NCBI GenBank assembly: GCA_963742415.1
Contig: CAVULX010000004.1
Span: 512,001-576,000 of the forward strand
Direction: 5' to 3'
DNA length: 64,000 nucleotides
Source: an uncultured Parachlamydiaceae bacterium
Lineage (GTDB): Bacteria > Chlamydiota > Chlamydiia > Chlamydiales > Parachlamydiaceae
Shown here: positions 50,927 to 60,599 of the stretch, one piece after another
Numbering within the stretch: the stretch's first letter is position 1
How the letters are laid out: each line of letters starts with the position of its first letter
The notes under the pieces: model-generated
What the model saw: only the letters and a program-made list of their open reading frames with translations
Told to the model about the DNA's origin: nothing
The model's database searches: none
Position numbers and translations under genes: made by a program

Positions 50927-52126
50927 CTATTTGCTTATTTTCACCATGACCCAATTCTGGACAGTCCCTTCAGGGAAAATGAGCTGAATATTCACTACAT
51001 CTTGCGTTAGATTATACAGTCCGGTTGTCATTATTTGGTCGGTATTTTCCTCGGCTATTTTCCAATAAACTTGTTGGGTTTGTGGGTCAACGTATCCTCC
51101 CATAGGATAAGTATTATCGCTTGAAGAATTGTAATAGGTTCCTGAAATTTCACCCGAGCGGTCGAGAGCTAATTGCATAAATATATTTGAATAGGCTGCT
51201 TGGGTTGTATCAGAACCAAGCACAAAGACTCCAAGAGGAAGCCAGTTGCTCCCTTGTTCGACACTTTCTGGAGGAGGGGGAGGCGCCCCTTGCGATAGGT
51301 CTGGTTGAAGATAACTATCGAGATCGACATTTGTTTGCATGGGGTAGCCGTAACCATACTCATCATAATAATATGGATAGACACTATCATCCCAACTAAG
51401 CCAGTCGTGAATCTGACCCCACCTCGCTCCACGCCACCAGTTAACATTATTATTCCAATAGGAGGGTTGAAAGGAATGATCTTGGAAGAAATTGCCGGAA
51501 AACAACTTTTGGTTATTTGGATGGCTCATTCTCATCCTTGAGTTCACATCTTGAGAGATATTTCTGTTCGCACTCTTTTGATTAAGAAAAAAAGATTGAC
51601 GTTCTTGAGAGCTTTTACCCCCGAGTTGCGAGCTAAGAGAAGGTTGTTGTGCTGGCCGACTTTGAGTAAATTGGTGGACTTGCTGCCTGATTGCTTCAGG
51701 GCTTTGTTGTTTTGGTACAATTTCTTGTCGTCCTTTCGGTTGGTTTGGTTGGATATTTGGCGGGGTATAGGATCGGCTCATCGAAGGGGATCGTGGGACA
51801 AAATTCACTTGTTGTTGTTGTTGACGGGCCTCCCTCATTTGTGACTGTTGTTGTCGAAGGGAGGGTTCCGGTGCTCTGGGACGTTCTTCAATTCTTTGCT
51901 GCGCAGGCAAATTTTGAATTTGCCTCCCAGGTCCTGCGTCACCCGGGCCCCCCGCGTCTCTTAACCTTCCTGCTCCACCTGGTCCTCCCCGGTCTCCTGG
52001 CCCTCCTGGACCTCCTAGGCCTCCAGGACCTCCGGCTCCTCGACCGCCTCCCCTATCCCCATAAGCAACGGATTCCATGGAGAGAATTGAACATGTAAAC
52101 AGCAATATGATAAGGTTGAATTTCAT
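50927..52126 (-). CDS. Secreted protein with Gly/Pro/Gln-rich N-terminus and conserved C-terminal domain (Planctomycetes 'protocadherin-like' type)
   Basis: GGPGG repeats; WW...W...W.W aromatic block; WLPLGVF, QLAL.RSG.ISGTYYN and TGLYNLT motifs. Confidence 0.7.
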   Translation of the reverse strand: MKFNLIILLFTCSILSMESVAYGDRGGGRGAGGPGGLGGPGGPGDRGGPGGAGRLRDAGGPGDAGPGRQIQNLPAQQRIEERPRAPEPSLRQQQSQMREARQQQQQVNFVPRSPSMSRSYTPPNIQPNQPKGRQEIVPKQQSPEAIRQQVHQFTQSRPAQQPSLSSQLGGKSSQERQSFFLNQKSANRNISQDVNSRMRMSHPNNQKLFSGNFFQDHSFQPSYWNNNVNWWRGARWGQIHDWLSWDDSVYPYYYDEYGYGYPMQTNVDLDSYLQPDLSQGAPPPPPESVEQGSNWLPLGVFVLGSDTTQAAYSNIFMQLALDRSGEISGTYYNSSSDNTYPMGGYVDPQTQQVYWKIAEENTDQIMTTGLYNLTQDVVNIQLIFPEGTVQNWVMVKISK

Positions 52127-52141
52127 CGATCCCCTGATCTT

Positions 52142-53047
52142 CTATTTTTTTCTAATGACTTTAAACGGGCCAATATTGGGCAAGAGTTTTCCATTGATTT
52201 CCCGGTTTTCTGAAGCAAAAGTAAAAGTATTTTCATCGATTTTTTTCAACACATGGATGGAGGTAGCTTTACCTCCATGGGGCATCGTAAAGGTCAACGA
52301 GGCGAACCAGGTGTTTCCTTCTCTGAACCACACACTTTGGCCAAATCCTCCGTCAGAATCAAAAGTCCATGAATGGATCTTCGATTCAATCGGATCCCAA
52401 CCGATAATTTGCATTCCACTGAGTTGTTCGTAACCGAGGATGCTCGACACGAAATGTTCTGTTAAGAAATTTTTATTTTTATCCCATTCAAAGGTGTAGG
52501 TGACATCGATGTTTTCATCATCATCCACCCAATTTCCGGCTAACCAATCCAACTCTTTAAGCTGTGTAAAATGGGAAATAGAGGCGAGCAATTCGTTCAC
52601 ATAAAAGTTTTTGATAACCCATTGTTCATCTTCTATGATGAATTGAGCAACAAAAGCCATCTTTTTGGTCGATTTATCGGAATAAGTAATATCGGCGATC
52701 CCTTTAGCGATGGCTTCCTTTGTGGAAGGGAAGTAGATAGTGGATAGGGTGACTTTTAAAGATTGAGCATTTGGAACACTTTCGAACTGATTTTTAAAGT
52801 ACTTGGTAATCTCTTCTCTGCCAATGGTTGATTCTTCAGTAGAAATATTGATAAAGTAGGCGTCTTTGGACCAGTGGGAAGAGATGTTTTCAGGGCTATG
52901 CCGATTGAAAGCATCTACATACGCGTCGACCTTTTTTTTGATCTCTTCTTGCGTAGGGGAATATTTCGACTTGTCTTTTATTTCACAAGCTTGAAAAAGC
53001 ACTGCTGCTACGATTAAAATATAGATCAAGTGGATTCGATATTTCAT
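52142..53047 (-). CDS. NTF2/SnoaL-like (DUF4440/SgcJ-like) probable lipoprotein
   Basis: LFQAC lipobox; YVDAFN...W..DA, GREEI, LKELDWL.G.W and GWDP...I.SW.FDSDGGFG motifs. Confidence 0.75.
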   Translation of the reverse strand: MKYRIHLIYILIVAAVLFQACEIKDKSKYSPTQEEIKKKVDAYVDAFNRHSPENISSHWSKDAYFINISTEESTIGREEITKYFKNQFESVPNAQSLKVTLSTIYFPSTKEAIAKGIADITYSDKSTKKMAFVAQFIIEDEQWVIKNFYVNELLASISHFTQLKELDWLAGNWVDDDENIDVTYTFEWDKNKNFLTEHFVSSILGYEQLSGMQIIGWDPIESKIHSWTFDSDGGFGQSVWFREGNTWFASLTFTMPHGGKATSIHVLKKIDENTFTFASENREINGKLLPNIGPFKVIRKK

Positions 53048-53055
53048 CTTTCTCC

Positions 53056-53937
53056 TTATTTGTTTTTCTGACACTCTTTTTCCAATTGAGCTATTTGTTG
53101 GCGCAGTTCTTTATTTGTGGAAGACATTTGATCTAGTTGGGTTTGTAAAAGGTTATAATCTTGCTGAAGCTTAGAAAGGGAATTCGTTTTTTCATCGATG
53201 GTTAATTTCAAGCTTGTTTCTTTGTCTTTGCCTTCTTTCAGAATTTGCTGGCGGTCTTTTTCTAAGGCTTCCAGTTGCTTGGTTTTGTCTTTTAGTTGCT
53301 GGTCAGAAACAGATTTGTTTAAATTTAAATCGTAATTTTGTTTATTCTGTTTGCCAATCTCTTCGTTCAGCTCTCCGATTCTCTTATTTTTGTTTTGAAT
53401 TTGCTCGCTCAACATAACATTTTCATTGGAACTCTTTTGTAGCTGTTCAATTTTTTGCTGCAAAGCTCCTAGAGTCGATTGCGCCATTTGTAAGTCACTA
53501 TTTAACTTATTCATTTTCGCTTGGCTTTCTTGCTCGGTTTTTTTGAGACGGTCACGGAATACTTGTAATTCAGCAACCTTTTGGGCTTGCTGCTTTGTAA
53601 GTTCATCAATTTGATCCTCATCTTGTTTTACCTTAACTTGAAGATCTTGATTTTGTTGATCAAGGGTAGACAGTTCTTGTTCCAGCTCTTTGAGCCGCTG
53701 CATGAGAATGTCCGACAGGTTGCGATAGAATAACAAATTTTTAACTTGATTCTGAAGCTCAGCATTACTTTTCTGAAGAGAATAAATGATGTTTGGATTG
53801 ATTCTGGGAGGATATCTTGGGGGAATCTGCGCCGTTTGATTTTCGATGGGAACAGCAGCAGATTCAGATTCGCTCGAGCTAACGAAGCTTATTTGACCTG
53901 CCAGCAAGAACAAAGCAAAAATTAGGATATATTTCAT
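53056..53937 (-). CDS. Secreted coiled-coil protein
   Basis: Signal peptide followed by about 230 aa of Q/E/K/L heptads. Confidence 0.8.
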   Translation of the reverse strand: MKYILIFALFLLAGQISFVSSSESESAAVPIENQTAQIPPRYPPRINPNIIYSLQKSNAELQNQVKNLLFYRNLSDILMQRLKELEQELSTLDQQNQDLQVKVKQDEDQIDELTKQQAQKVAELQVFRDRLKKTEQESQAKMNKLNSDLQMAQSTLGALQQKIEQLQKSSNENVMLSEQIQNKNKRIGELNEEIGKQNKQNYDLNLNKSVSDQQLKDKTKQLEALEKDRQQILKEGKDKETSLKLTIDEKTNSLSKLQQDYNLLQTQLDQMSSTNKELRQQIAQLEKECQKNK

Positions 53938-53975
53938 AGTAGTTTTGAAAATAGGATCGATTCAAATATCCGCTG

Positions 53976-54908
53976 TTAAAAATTTATATTTGTGTCAGCA
54001 ATAAAGTTGCTGTTATCTGCCAGAGGCAAATAGGGTTTCTGACATTGCTCTGTTCCAAAAGAATAAACGATGCCAAAACATACATTTGATGCATAATTTC
54101 TCGATTCTTTTCCACCTTTTGCAGATCTTGGAGCCATATAAGAGGCATGTCCGGTGACGCTCAAACAACTAGTCAAAGGAGCATAAAAGCTGGCGCCTAA
54201 GATAAACCTTCCGTCTCTTCCCGGCGAATGCATCAACCCTTTTCTATAGGGAAAACCAACCCAAATTGATGTTTGAGCACAACAATCAAAATTATGCTGC
54301 CAAAATAGATTAAGTTGGCTGATCGCCCGGAATTTCACTGGAATTCCATGGTAACGATGACGGGATGTGTGAGCATAGTTAGTTCCCCATATCCCAATTT
54401 CATCACATCCGTTGATTAAGTAACCCGTTTTGTAGCGCACTTGCGATAAGTCGGCATGCAAAGCAAAAACGCTAAAATTTTTATTGATCATCCAATCATA
54501 GACCACGCCAAAATTAAAACCGCAACAATAGGGAGTTGTGAGAGAAAACCCACCTGTCAAAAAAGTCTGCTGTTGGCTTTCTTTAAGGTTGCCGCTGACA
54601 GGGGATTGGCGGCCATTCCAATCATAAACTCCATAACTCGCTCCTAGCTGCATTTCGAGGCAATAGTCAAAAAAATTCTGGAAGTCTATTCCACTATTAA
54701 CAGCCACATAAGCGCCTGTATTATCTTGAAAACTTCCATCAGGCAGACTTCGGAATGTATCTACAGCCAAAGTGAAATCTGCAGAGAAGTCGGGCATCCA
54801 CCAAGAGCCGCAATCTTCACAAGATGAAAATTCGTCTTGGTAAAAATCGGCCTGCAAGAAAGTGGAAGCACAGGCGAAAACTAATATGGATAAAATGTTT
54901 TTCATCAT
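53976..54908 (-). CDS. Putative outer-membrane beta-barrel protein (DUF6666-like)
   Basis: Signal peptide, Cys-containing N-terminus, QQ.FLT.G, GVVYDW, DEIGIWG and P.ADNS.F motifs. Confidence 0.6.
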   Translation of the reverse strand: MMKNILSILVFACASTFLQADFYQDEFSSCEDCGSWWMPDFSADFTLAVDTFRSLPDGSFQDNTGAYVAVNSGIDFQNFFDYCLEMQLGASYGVYDWNGRQSPVSGNLKESQQQTFLTGGFSLTTPYCCGFNFGVVYDWMINKNFSVFALHADLSQVRYKTGYLINGCDEIGIWGTNYAHTSRHRYHGIPVKFRAISQLNLFWQHNFDCCAQTSIWVGFPYRKGLMHSPGRDGRFILGASFYAPLTSCLSVTGHASYMAPRSAKGGKESRNYASNVCFGIVYSFGTEQCQKPYLPLADNSNFIADTNINF

Positions 54909-55100
54909 AAAAACTCGTAATGCTTTTTTTGGTGTTTTGGATTCAAAAGTTCACCCCACTTTGAGACAAAAAGTGAGTAAAATAGCACGTTAAAAAAAAG
55001 TTTTTAATATAGCAAATGTTTTTTTACCTATGTAACGCTTGACAGTTTTTTTTTATCTGTTAAATTCCTTTTTTAAATTAATATATTCAGGAAAATCCCT

Positions 55101-56123
55101 ATGAACATCCCTTCCATACTGCTTTTGAGGCTAATGACAATTATTTTCTTGAACACATCTTTTCTTTGTTATGCAGATGAAGAACTCGTCAGTCAGTTAG
55201 AAAGTCCGGCTATCCAAAACGTCCGCCAATTAACTTTCCCATCAATGGGTTTCGAAAAAGCGGGAGAAGCCTATTTTTCACCCGATAGTGAAGCTATCAT
55301 CTTCCAGGCAGTCCCTAAAGGGGAAGAAAAGTATCAGATATATTCAATGAGTTTAAATACTATGACTCCTGTCCTTGTCAGTACTGGAAGGGGGGCTTGT
55401 ACTTGCTCTTATTTTAGGCCTGACGGAAAAAAAATTATTTTTGCTTCTAGCCACGAAAGCCCTGAGTTATCCCCCGCTCCAAAAGCGACAGATGGGAAAT
55501 ATAAGTGGGAGCTTACCCCTTACATGAATATTTATGAAGCTAACTTAGATGGCACCGATCTTGCGGCCTTGACATCAGGTCCGGCCTATCATGCCGAATG
55601 TGCTTTTTCTTCCGATGGATCCCGTATCGTTTATGCTAGCAATGAAGATGGAAGTATGAATATTTACACCATGAAATCGGATGGCACAGATGTTGTACAA
55701 ATTACCCATACAAACGATTCCTACAATGGGGGACCCTTTTTTTCACCCGATGATAAGAAAATCATCTTCCGTGCCGATCGGGCTAAAGCAGATTACCTCC
55801 AAATCTATGTCATTGGTGTAGATGGTCGCGAAGAGAGGCAGCTCACAGATAATGATGCTGTTAATTGGGCGCCCTATTGGCATCCAAACGGCAAAGTGGT
55901 CGCTTTTACTACATCTTTACATGGACATTACCGGTATGAAATTTACCTTCTCAACATTGAAACAGGAGCCTCTTATAGATTGACCCATTTTCCCTCCTTT
56001 GATGGGTTGCCTGTATTTAATCGGGAGGGGAATAAGATCCTTTGGACCTCTAAAAGAGGCAAAGACAGAACATGTCAAATATTTATCGCAGACTTTAACT
56101 TACCCGAAGAACTTGAGCGATAA
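55101..56123 (+). CDS. TolB-like WD40/PD40 beta-propeller protein
   Basis: Repeated FSPDG..IIF.S and GGPFFSPD motifs. Confidence 0.88.
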   Translation: MNIPSILLLRLMTIIFLNTSFLCYADEELVSQLESPAIQNVRQLTFPSMGFEKAGEAYFSPDSEAIIFQAVPKGEEKYQIYSMSLNTMTPVLVSTGRGACTCSYFRPDGKKIIFASSHESPELSPAPKATDGKYKWELTPYMNIYEANLDGTDLAALTSGPAYHAECAFSSDGSRIVYASNEDGSMNIYTMKSDGTDVVQITHTNDSYNGGPFFSPDDKKIIFRADRAKADYLQIYVIGVDGREERQLTDNDAVNWAPYWHPNGKVVAFTTSLHGHYRYEIYLLNIETGASYRLTHFPSFDGLPVFNREGNKILWTSKRGKDRTCQIFIADFNLPEELER

Positions 56124-56159
56124 ATAATTTTAAGAACAGAAATACACAGTAGGTGAAGT

Positions 56160-57584
56160 ATGAACTTTTATTACATTAGAATGGCTATATTGTTATTCGC
56201 TTGCGCTTATGCTTGCAACGGATTCAGTGATAACCAAACAGCGACAGTAAGTCCGATTTTATCTTCAAGTAATTTGCCTTTTGAAATCGTGATTAAGGAA
56301 GCAGACTTTATGCTGCCTAATGGCATCCATTCCGGCGCCTTTGCTACACATAGGCAATATTGGCTCTTTATAACCGGTCGAACAAATGGGATGCATAGTT
56401 TCAATAACAATGACAACAACTTTCCTCCCCAAAAACAAAATAAAATAGTCTATGTTGTGGATTCAGAAACACATACCGTCTATACGAGATCTTTGGACGA
56501 TCCAACTTCAGGATTAAGCCAGCATCAGGTTGATTTGCTTTCCGTGACTGCCCCTCAATATTACCAGACGGAAGATACCTTATATATTTCTGGAGGCTAC
56601 GGGGTAAATTCGGCCACCGGGGACTTTAGTACGAAGGATGCCTTATCCGTTATCGACATACCTGGACTTATCAAATGGGTGATCAACCCCGACAGCCACA
56701 AAACTGCGGCCGATTCGATCCGTCAGGTCCACCACCCCATACTTAAAGTTACCGGTGGGTACATGGATCAAGCTAACGACCACTCGTATACGTTGCTGAT
56801 TTTTGGACAAGATTTTCTTGGGTTTTATTTGGATTCTTCCAATGGGGCTTACACCCAGCAAGTCCGCCGTTTCCGGATCGTCGATGATGGAAAAGAGTTG
56901 TTTATTCTGCCTAAAGAGTCTGAAGAGCCAAATCCCAATTATCGGAGACGAGATTTAAATGTGGTGCCGGTGATGAAGAAAAAACACAACAGGTATGAAG
57001 AAGCGTACGTCGCTTTATCGGGGGTTTTTACATTGACAACTGGAGCTTGGACAGTGCCTGTGACTATCACTGCTGAAGGGGAGGCCTCCATGGCAGATCC
57101 TTCGCTTCCCTCGACATTCAAACAAGGGATGAACAATTATGCTTCTGCAAGGCTTGGCCTTTTCTCCAAGAAAACAAATGATATGTATGTTGTCTTGTTT
57201 GGAGGGATTAGCTTTGGCTTTTTCAGAAATGGGGTTTTTAAAACAAGTTCTAACCTTCCTTTTATCAATCAGGTGACAACAATTAAAATTGATGAGGATG
57301 ACAATTTTACCCAATATCTGATGAAAAATAAATTTCCGGTGATCTTGTCAACGAAGTCAAACCCTGGAAGACGGCTTCGCTTTGGCGCCGGCGCTTATTT
57401 CGTTCCTAATAATGACGTGCCCATGTATCCGAATGGTGTTTTTCGATTGGATAAATTGGAAGATTCACCGATTTTATTAGGGCATATTGTGGGTGGGATT
57501 CAAAGCAGTGTAGCTAACACGAAAAAGAAGACCGATTCGGCAGCTTCCCCCTATATCTTTCAAGTCTTTTTAGAGCCGCAGTAA
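56160..57584 (+). CDS. Secreted conserved hypothetical protein (possible kelch-like propeller)
   Basis: Signal peptide; GRTNGMH, LYISGGYG, VTGG, RRRDLNV and FGGIS motifs. Confidence 0.75.
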   Translation: MNFYYIRMAILLFACAYACNGFSDNQTATVSPILSSSNLPFEIVIKEADFMLPNGIHSGAFATHRQYWLFITGRTNGMHSFNNNDNNFPPQKQNKIVYVVDSETHTVYTRSLDDPTSGLSQHQVDLLSVTAPQYYQTEDTLYISGGYGVNSATGDFSTKDALSVIDIPGLIKWVINPDSHKTAADSIRQVHHPILKVTGGYMDQANDHSYTLLIFGQDFLGFYLDSSNGAYTQQVRRFRIVDDGKELFILPKESEEPNPNYRRRDLNVVPVMKKKHNRYEEAYVALSGVFTLTTGAWTVPVTITAEGEASMADPSLPSTFKQGMNNYASARLGLFSKKTNDMYVVLFGGISFGFFRNGVFKTSSNLPFINQVTTIKIDEDDNFTQYLMKNKFPVILSTKSNPGRRLRFGAGAYFVPNNDVPMYPNGVFRLDKLEDSPILLGHIVGGIQSSVANTKKKTDSAASPYIFQVFLEPQ

Positions 57585-57592
57585 AGCATGTG

Positions 57593-57628
57593 AGGTATGG
57601 GAAAGATTGACTTGTGTTTCCCATACCT
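57593..57628 (+). terminator. Hairpin after stop codon, probable terminator
   Basis: AGGTATGGGAAA-N12-TTTCCCATACCT. Confidence 0.55.
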
Positions 57629-57885
57629 ATTCCTTCCAAAGACCAGCTATATTGACATGAAATTATTCCTTAAAATATGATTGAATTTTTTCAACGTAAA
57701 TCTACTATATTCATTGATTTAAGTCCTTTATGAGAGGGGGAATCTAATGATTCGGGGGTGAAAAGTTAAGAAAATGTAAACAAAATTGTTTAAAAATTTA
57801 TTGTGTCTTAATTATTGTTTGTTAAAATAAAACCATATAAATAAATTAAGTTTTAATTAATTATAACATTAAGAGATAAAGGTTT

Positions 57886-59529
57886 ATGGCAGGAAACCCC
57901 CAAATGCACGCTTATCCTCCGCAAGGGCAGCAGCCTCCTCCACCGCCAAAGCCTCCCCGCAAAAATCCATATCACGACGGGATCTCCCAGAGCGCTCAAC
58001 AATATGACTTATATGAAATGATTCGCCGCCCTAATGCCCATCATACGATGCGGCCGCCGGATGCACCCGCCTACATAGACCCAAAGGAAAAAGCTCGAGC
58101 TTTGAAAATAAAATTAGAGCAAGAGGTAGAAGAGAAGTTTGAGCATCAATATTTACGCCGAGAAACCAAGGGGCTTACTTTAGGAAAAGCGATCAAAGCT
58201 ATCTTCTTGTTGCTCGTATTGCCCTTCTATTTAATTCTTTTTCAAATACCTAAATGGATCTTTTGTGTCGTTATCCCGAATCTTTATAAACGGCTTGAAA
58301 CAGTTGTATTATCAATATTGCAAAAGATAAAGGGGAAAATTCTAAAAAAAATCGAGCGAATAAAAGATAAAATCAGCTCAATAAAGAAAAATTTGATCAA
58401 TTTGGGAAGGGAAAAAAAGACAAAAGAGGAAAAAGCGATCAAACAACAGCCGGAACATCTCGATTTTTTTTCATTTATTTTTCAAGGGATTTGGTTTTTG
58501 TACAGCGTGACTCTAATGCCAATCTTTAAAACCATCGTGTGGCTTTTTCATGCATATAAAAAAATTGTTGCTGCATTAAAAGCGATGCCAACCAAAGTCG
58601 AGTCTACAGTTCAGTCTATCCAACACCGGATGCAGCAAATGGCTGTAGAATACAAAGCTAAAAGTCTTCAGATTGGGCATCAGGCTCTCGATTATGTAAA
58701 AAACGGATTTAAAGAAAAAATTGAGCGCCCTGTGGCTCTCTGGTGTAAACCTAAATTTAAGGCTGTCCAAAAGAAAGTTTCGACTTATATCAAGAGCAAA
58801 AGTGACAAAATAGTAGCTCGGGCAGAAAATATTAAAAATCTCGTCTTGCACCCATGGCAGACCTTTAAGAAGTTTTGTTTTTCGATTAAGGAGCGAATCA
58901 ATCAAAAGATCACCCATATTAAAACCACCATCGAGTCTTGGATTCAATCTAAAAAGGAATTCCTCCTCCACAAACTTCAGAATTTTAAGAAAGCAATCGA
59001 TGAGAAAATTTTTGGTTATGTTGAAAAGAAGAAAAATAGATTAATAGAGGTTTTTTTACGCGTATACAATCCCTTGCAGGTCAAGTTCCAAAAGATCTCA
59101 AATACCATTGCAAAAATCAAAGAAACATGCAGGAAACAAAAAGAGGGGATTATTTCAAAAATCAAAACATCTAAGCCCTATCTTACAATACTTCAATTAG
59201 CTGCTACGTTAAAAAAATGGCATCAAGAACTTTCCAAAAGAGGGGAGTTATGGGCATCGAAAGCAAGAGCTTTCAGTGAGCGCATGCTCAATAGAGGAAA
59301 ACTGCCTTTTAATGTTGTCCAACAAATTGCATTGCGCTGTCAAAAGAAGCTCGAAGCCAAAATGCAAAAAATATCCGAACCCATTCAGAAAACCTACAGC
59401 ACTATTAAGCAGCGTATGTTCCAATGGAGATTGCGTTATCAGCTGTTGTGTGCTTGGAACGTGGTGCTTATGCGCTACGGGATGCGCCTTGTTCGCGAAA
59501 CAGCTGAAAGCATCCGTTTATTTCGTTAA
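57886..59529 (+). CDS. Hypothetical basic helical membrane protein with Pro-rich N-terminus
   Basis: 547-aa ORF, PPPPPKPP, two hydrophobic segments and a long Lys-rich amphipathic region. Confidence 0.75.
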   Translation: MAGNPQMHAYPPQGQQPPPPPKPPRKNPYHDGISQSAQQYDLYEMIRRPNAHHTMRPPDAPAYIDPKEKARALKIKLEQEVEEKFEHQYLRRETKGLTLGKAIKAIFLLLVLPFYLILFQIPKWIFCVVIPNLYKRLETVVLSILQKIKGKILKKIERIKDKISSIKKNLINLGREKKTKEEKAIKQQPEHLDFFSFIFQGIWFLYSVTLMPIFKTIVWLFHAYKKIVAALKAMPTKVESTVQSIQHRMQQMAVEYKAKSLQIGHQALDYVKNGFKEKIERPVALWCKPKFKAVQKKVSTYIKSKSDKIVARAENIKNLVLHPWQTFKKFCFSIKERINQKITHIKTTIESWIQSKKEFLLHKLQNFKKAIDEKIFGYVEKKKNRLIEVFLRVYNPLQVKFQKISNTIAKIKETCRKQKEGIISKIKTSKPYLTILQLAATLKKWHQELSKRGELWASKARAFSERMLNRGKLPFNVVQQIALRCQKKLEAKMQKISEPIQKTYSTIKQRMFQWRLRYQLLCAWNVVLMRYGMRLVRETAESIRLFR

Positions 59530-59629
59530 GAAGCTGCTTATAAATAGCATCTGTCTCTTCCAAACAAATTACAATTGCAAAAAAAGTTATTTAAGTTTTA
59601 AGTCATAGGGAAAGATAAATTTTTCCTGA

Positions 59630-60589
59630 ATGGTTGGGATGTCGAAGCGGCATATCTATTTGTTAAAGTTTTTTGTGGCTTGTTCCTTACACATCTTTTC
59701 CCAGCTGCATAGTCAAGACGATTCGTGTTCTAGCAGCAAAGATCAAGAGGCTCAGACGAAAAAAAATGACGAACCCAAGGAAAAAAAGGAAGTAGAACCT
59801 CCCAAGATAGGCAATTTCTCTTTGCCCACCTCTCAACAACCGGCAGCCCTATTCGGTTTTGGAGGGAATATCATCGATAAAAATGAAATCCAAATTTATG
59901 TTTTTGCAGATGACTTTTATGGTAAGAAAAAAAATACCGTTGATATTATTCCAAGCATTTTGTTCGGGATTACAGATGATTGGTCCATTTTCTTTAATTT
60001 TCCATTCACACCACGATTGAGAAGTGAAAGCCAACATTCTAAAGGCTTGGAAGATTTTTTTGTCCAATTGGAATATGCTTTCTATAACAAAAAAACAGAG
60101 ACTTATGTTGACCAAGCGACAGTTTTGGGCAATGTCACTTTTCCTACAGGATCTGAAAAGAAAGATCCTCCTACAGGTTTTGGGTCCCCAAGCTTCTTCT
60201 TAGGGGCTACCTATTATCGTACTTGGGTGGATTGGTTTGTTTTCACTTCGTATGGCGGCGTGTTGACAACCTCAAACCACGGCACAAAATTCGGAGATCA
60301 ATTTCTTTACCAGTTTGGCGTTGGACGTAACTTTCCCAGCCCAGAAGGGTGGATTTTTGCGTGGATGGTCGAATTAGATGGGCAATACAACAAAAAAAAT
60401 AGAATTCATGGGTCTATCGATCCAAATTCAGGTGGAAATGCGGTTTTTGTAACCCCTTCTTTATGGTTTTCAAGTAAAGAGATCCTTGTTCAATTCGGTG
60501 TTAGCTTCCCTGTGAACCAAAATCTCTTCGGCAAACAAACCAAGTTTGATTACGCTTTAAATTTAAATGTCGGTTGGTCTTTTTATTAA
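59630..60589 (+). CDS. Putative outer-membrane beta-barrel transporter (MetA-pathway/phenol-degradation-like)
   Basis: GLED...EY, TFPTG, TGFGS, alternating strands and C-terminal VGWSFY. Confidence 0.65.
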   Translation: MVGMSKRHIYLLKFFVACSLHIFSQLHSQDDSCSSSKDQEAQTKKNDEPKEKKEVEPPKIGNFSLPTSQQPAALFGFGGNIIDKNEIQIYVFADDFYGKKKNTVDIIPSILFGITDDWSIFFNFPFTPRLRSESQHSKGLEDFFVQLEYAFYNKKTETYVDQATVLGNVTFPTGSEKKDPPTGFGSPSFFLGATYYRTWVDWFVFTSYGGVLTTSNHGTKFGDQFLYQFGVGRNFPSPEGWIFAWMVELDGQYNKKNRIHGSIDPNSGGNAVFVTPSLWFSSKEILVQFGVSFPVNQNLFGKQTKFDYALNLNVGWSFY

Positions 60590-60599
60590 CCTGATATGG

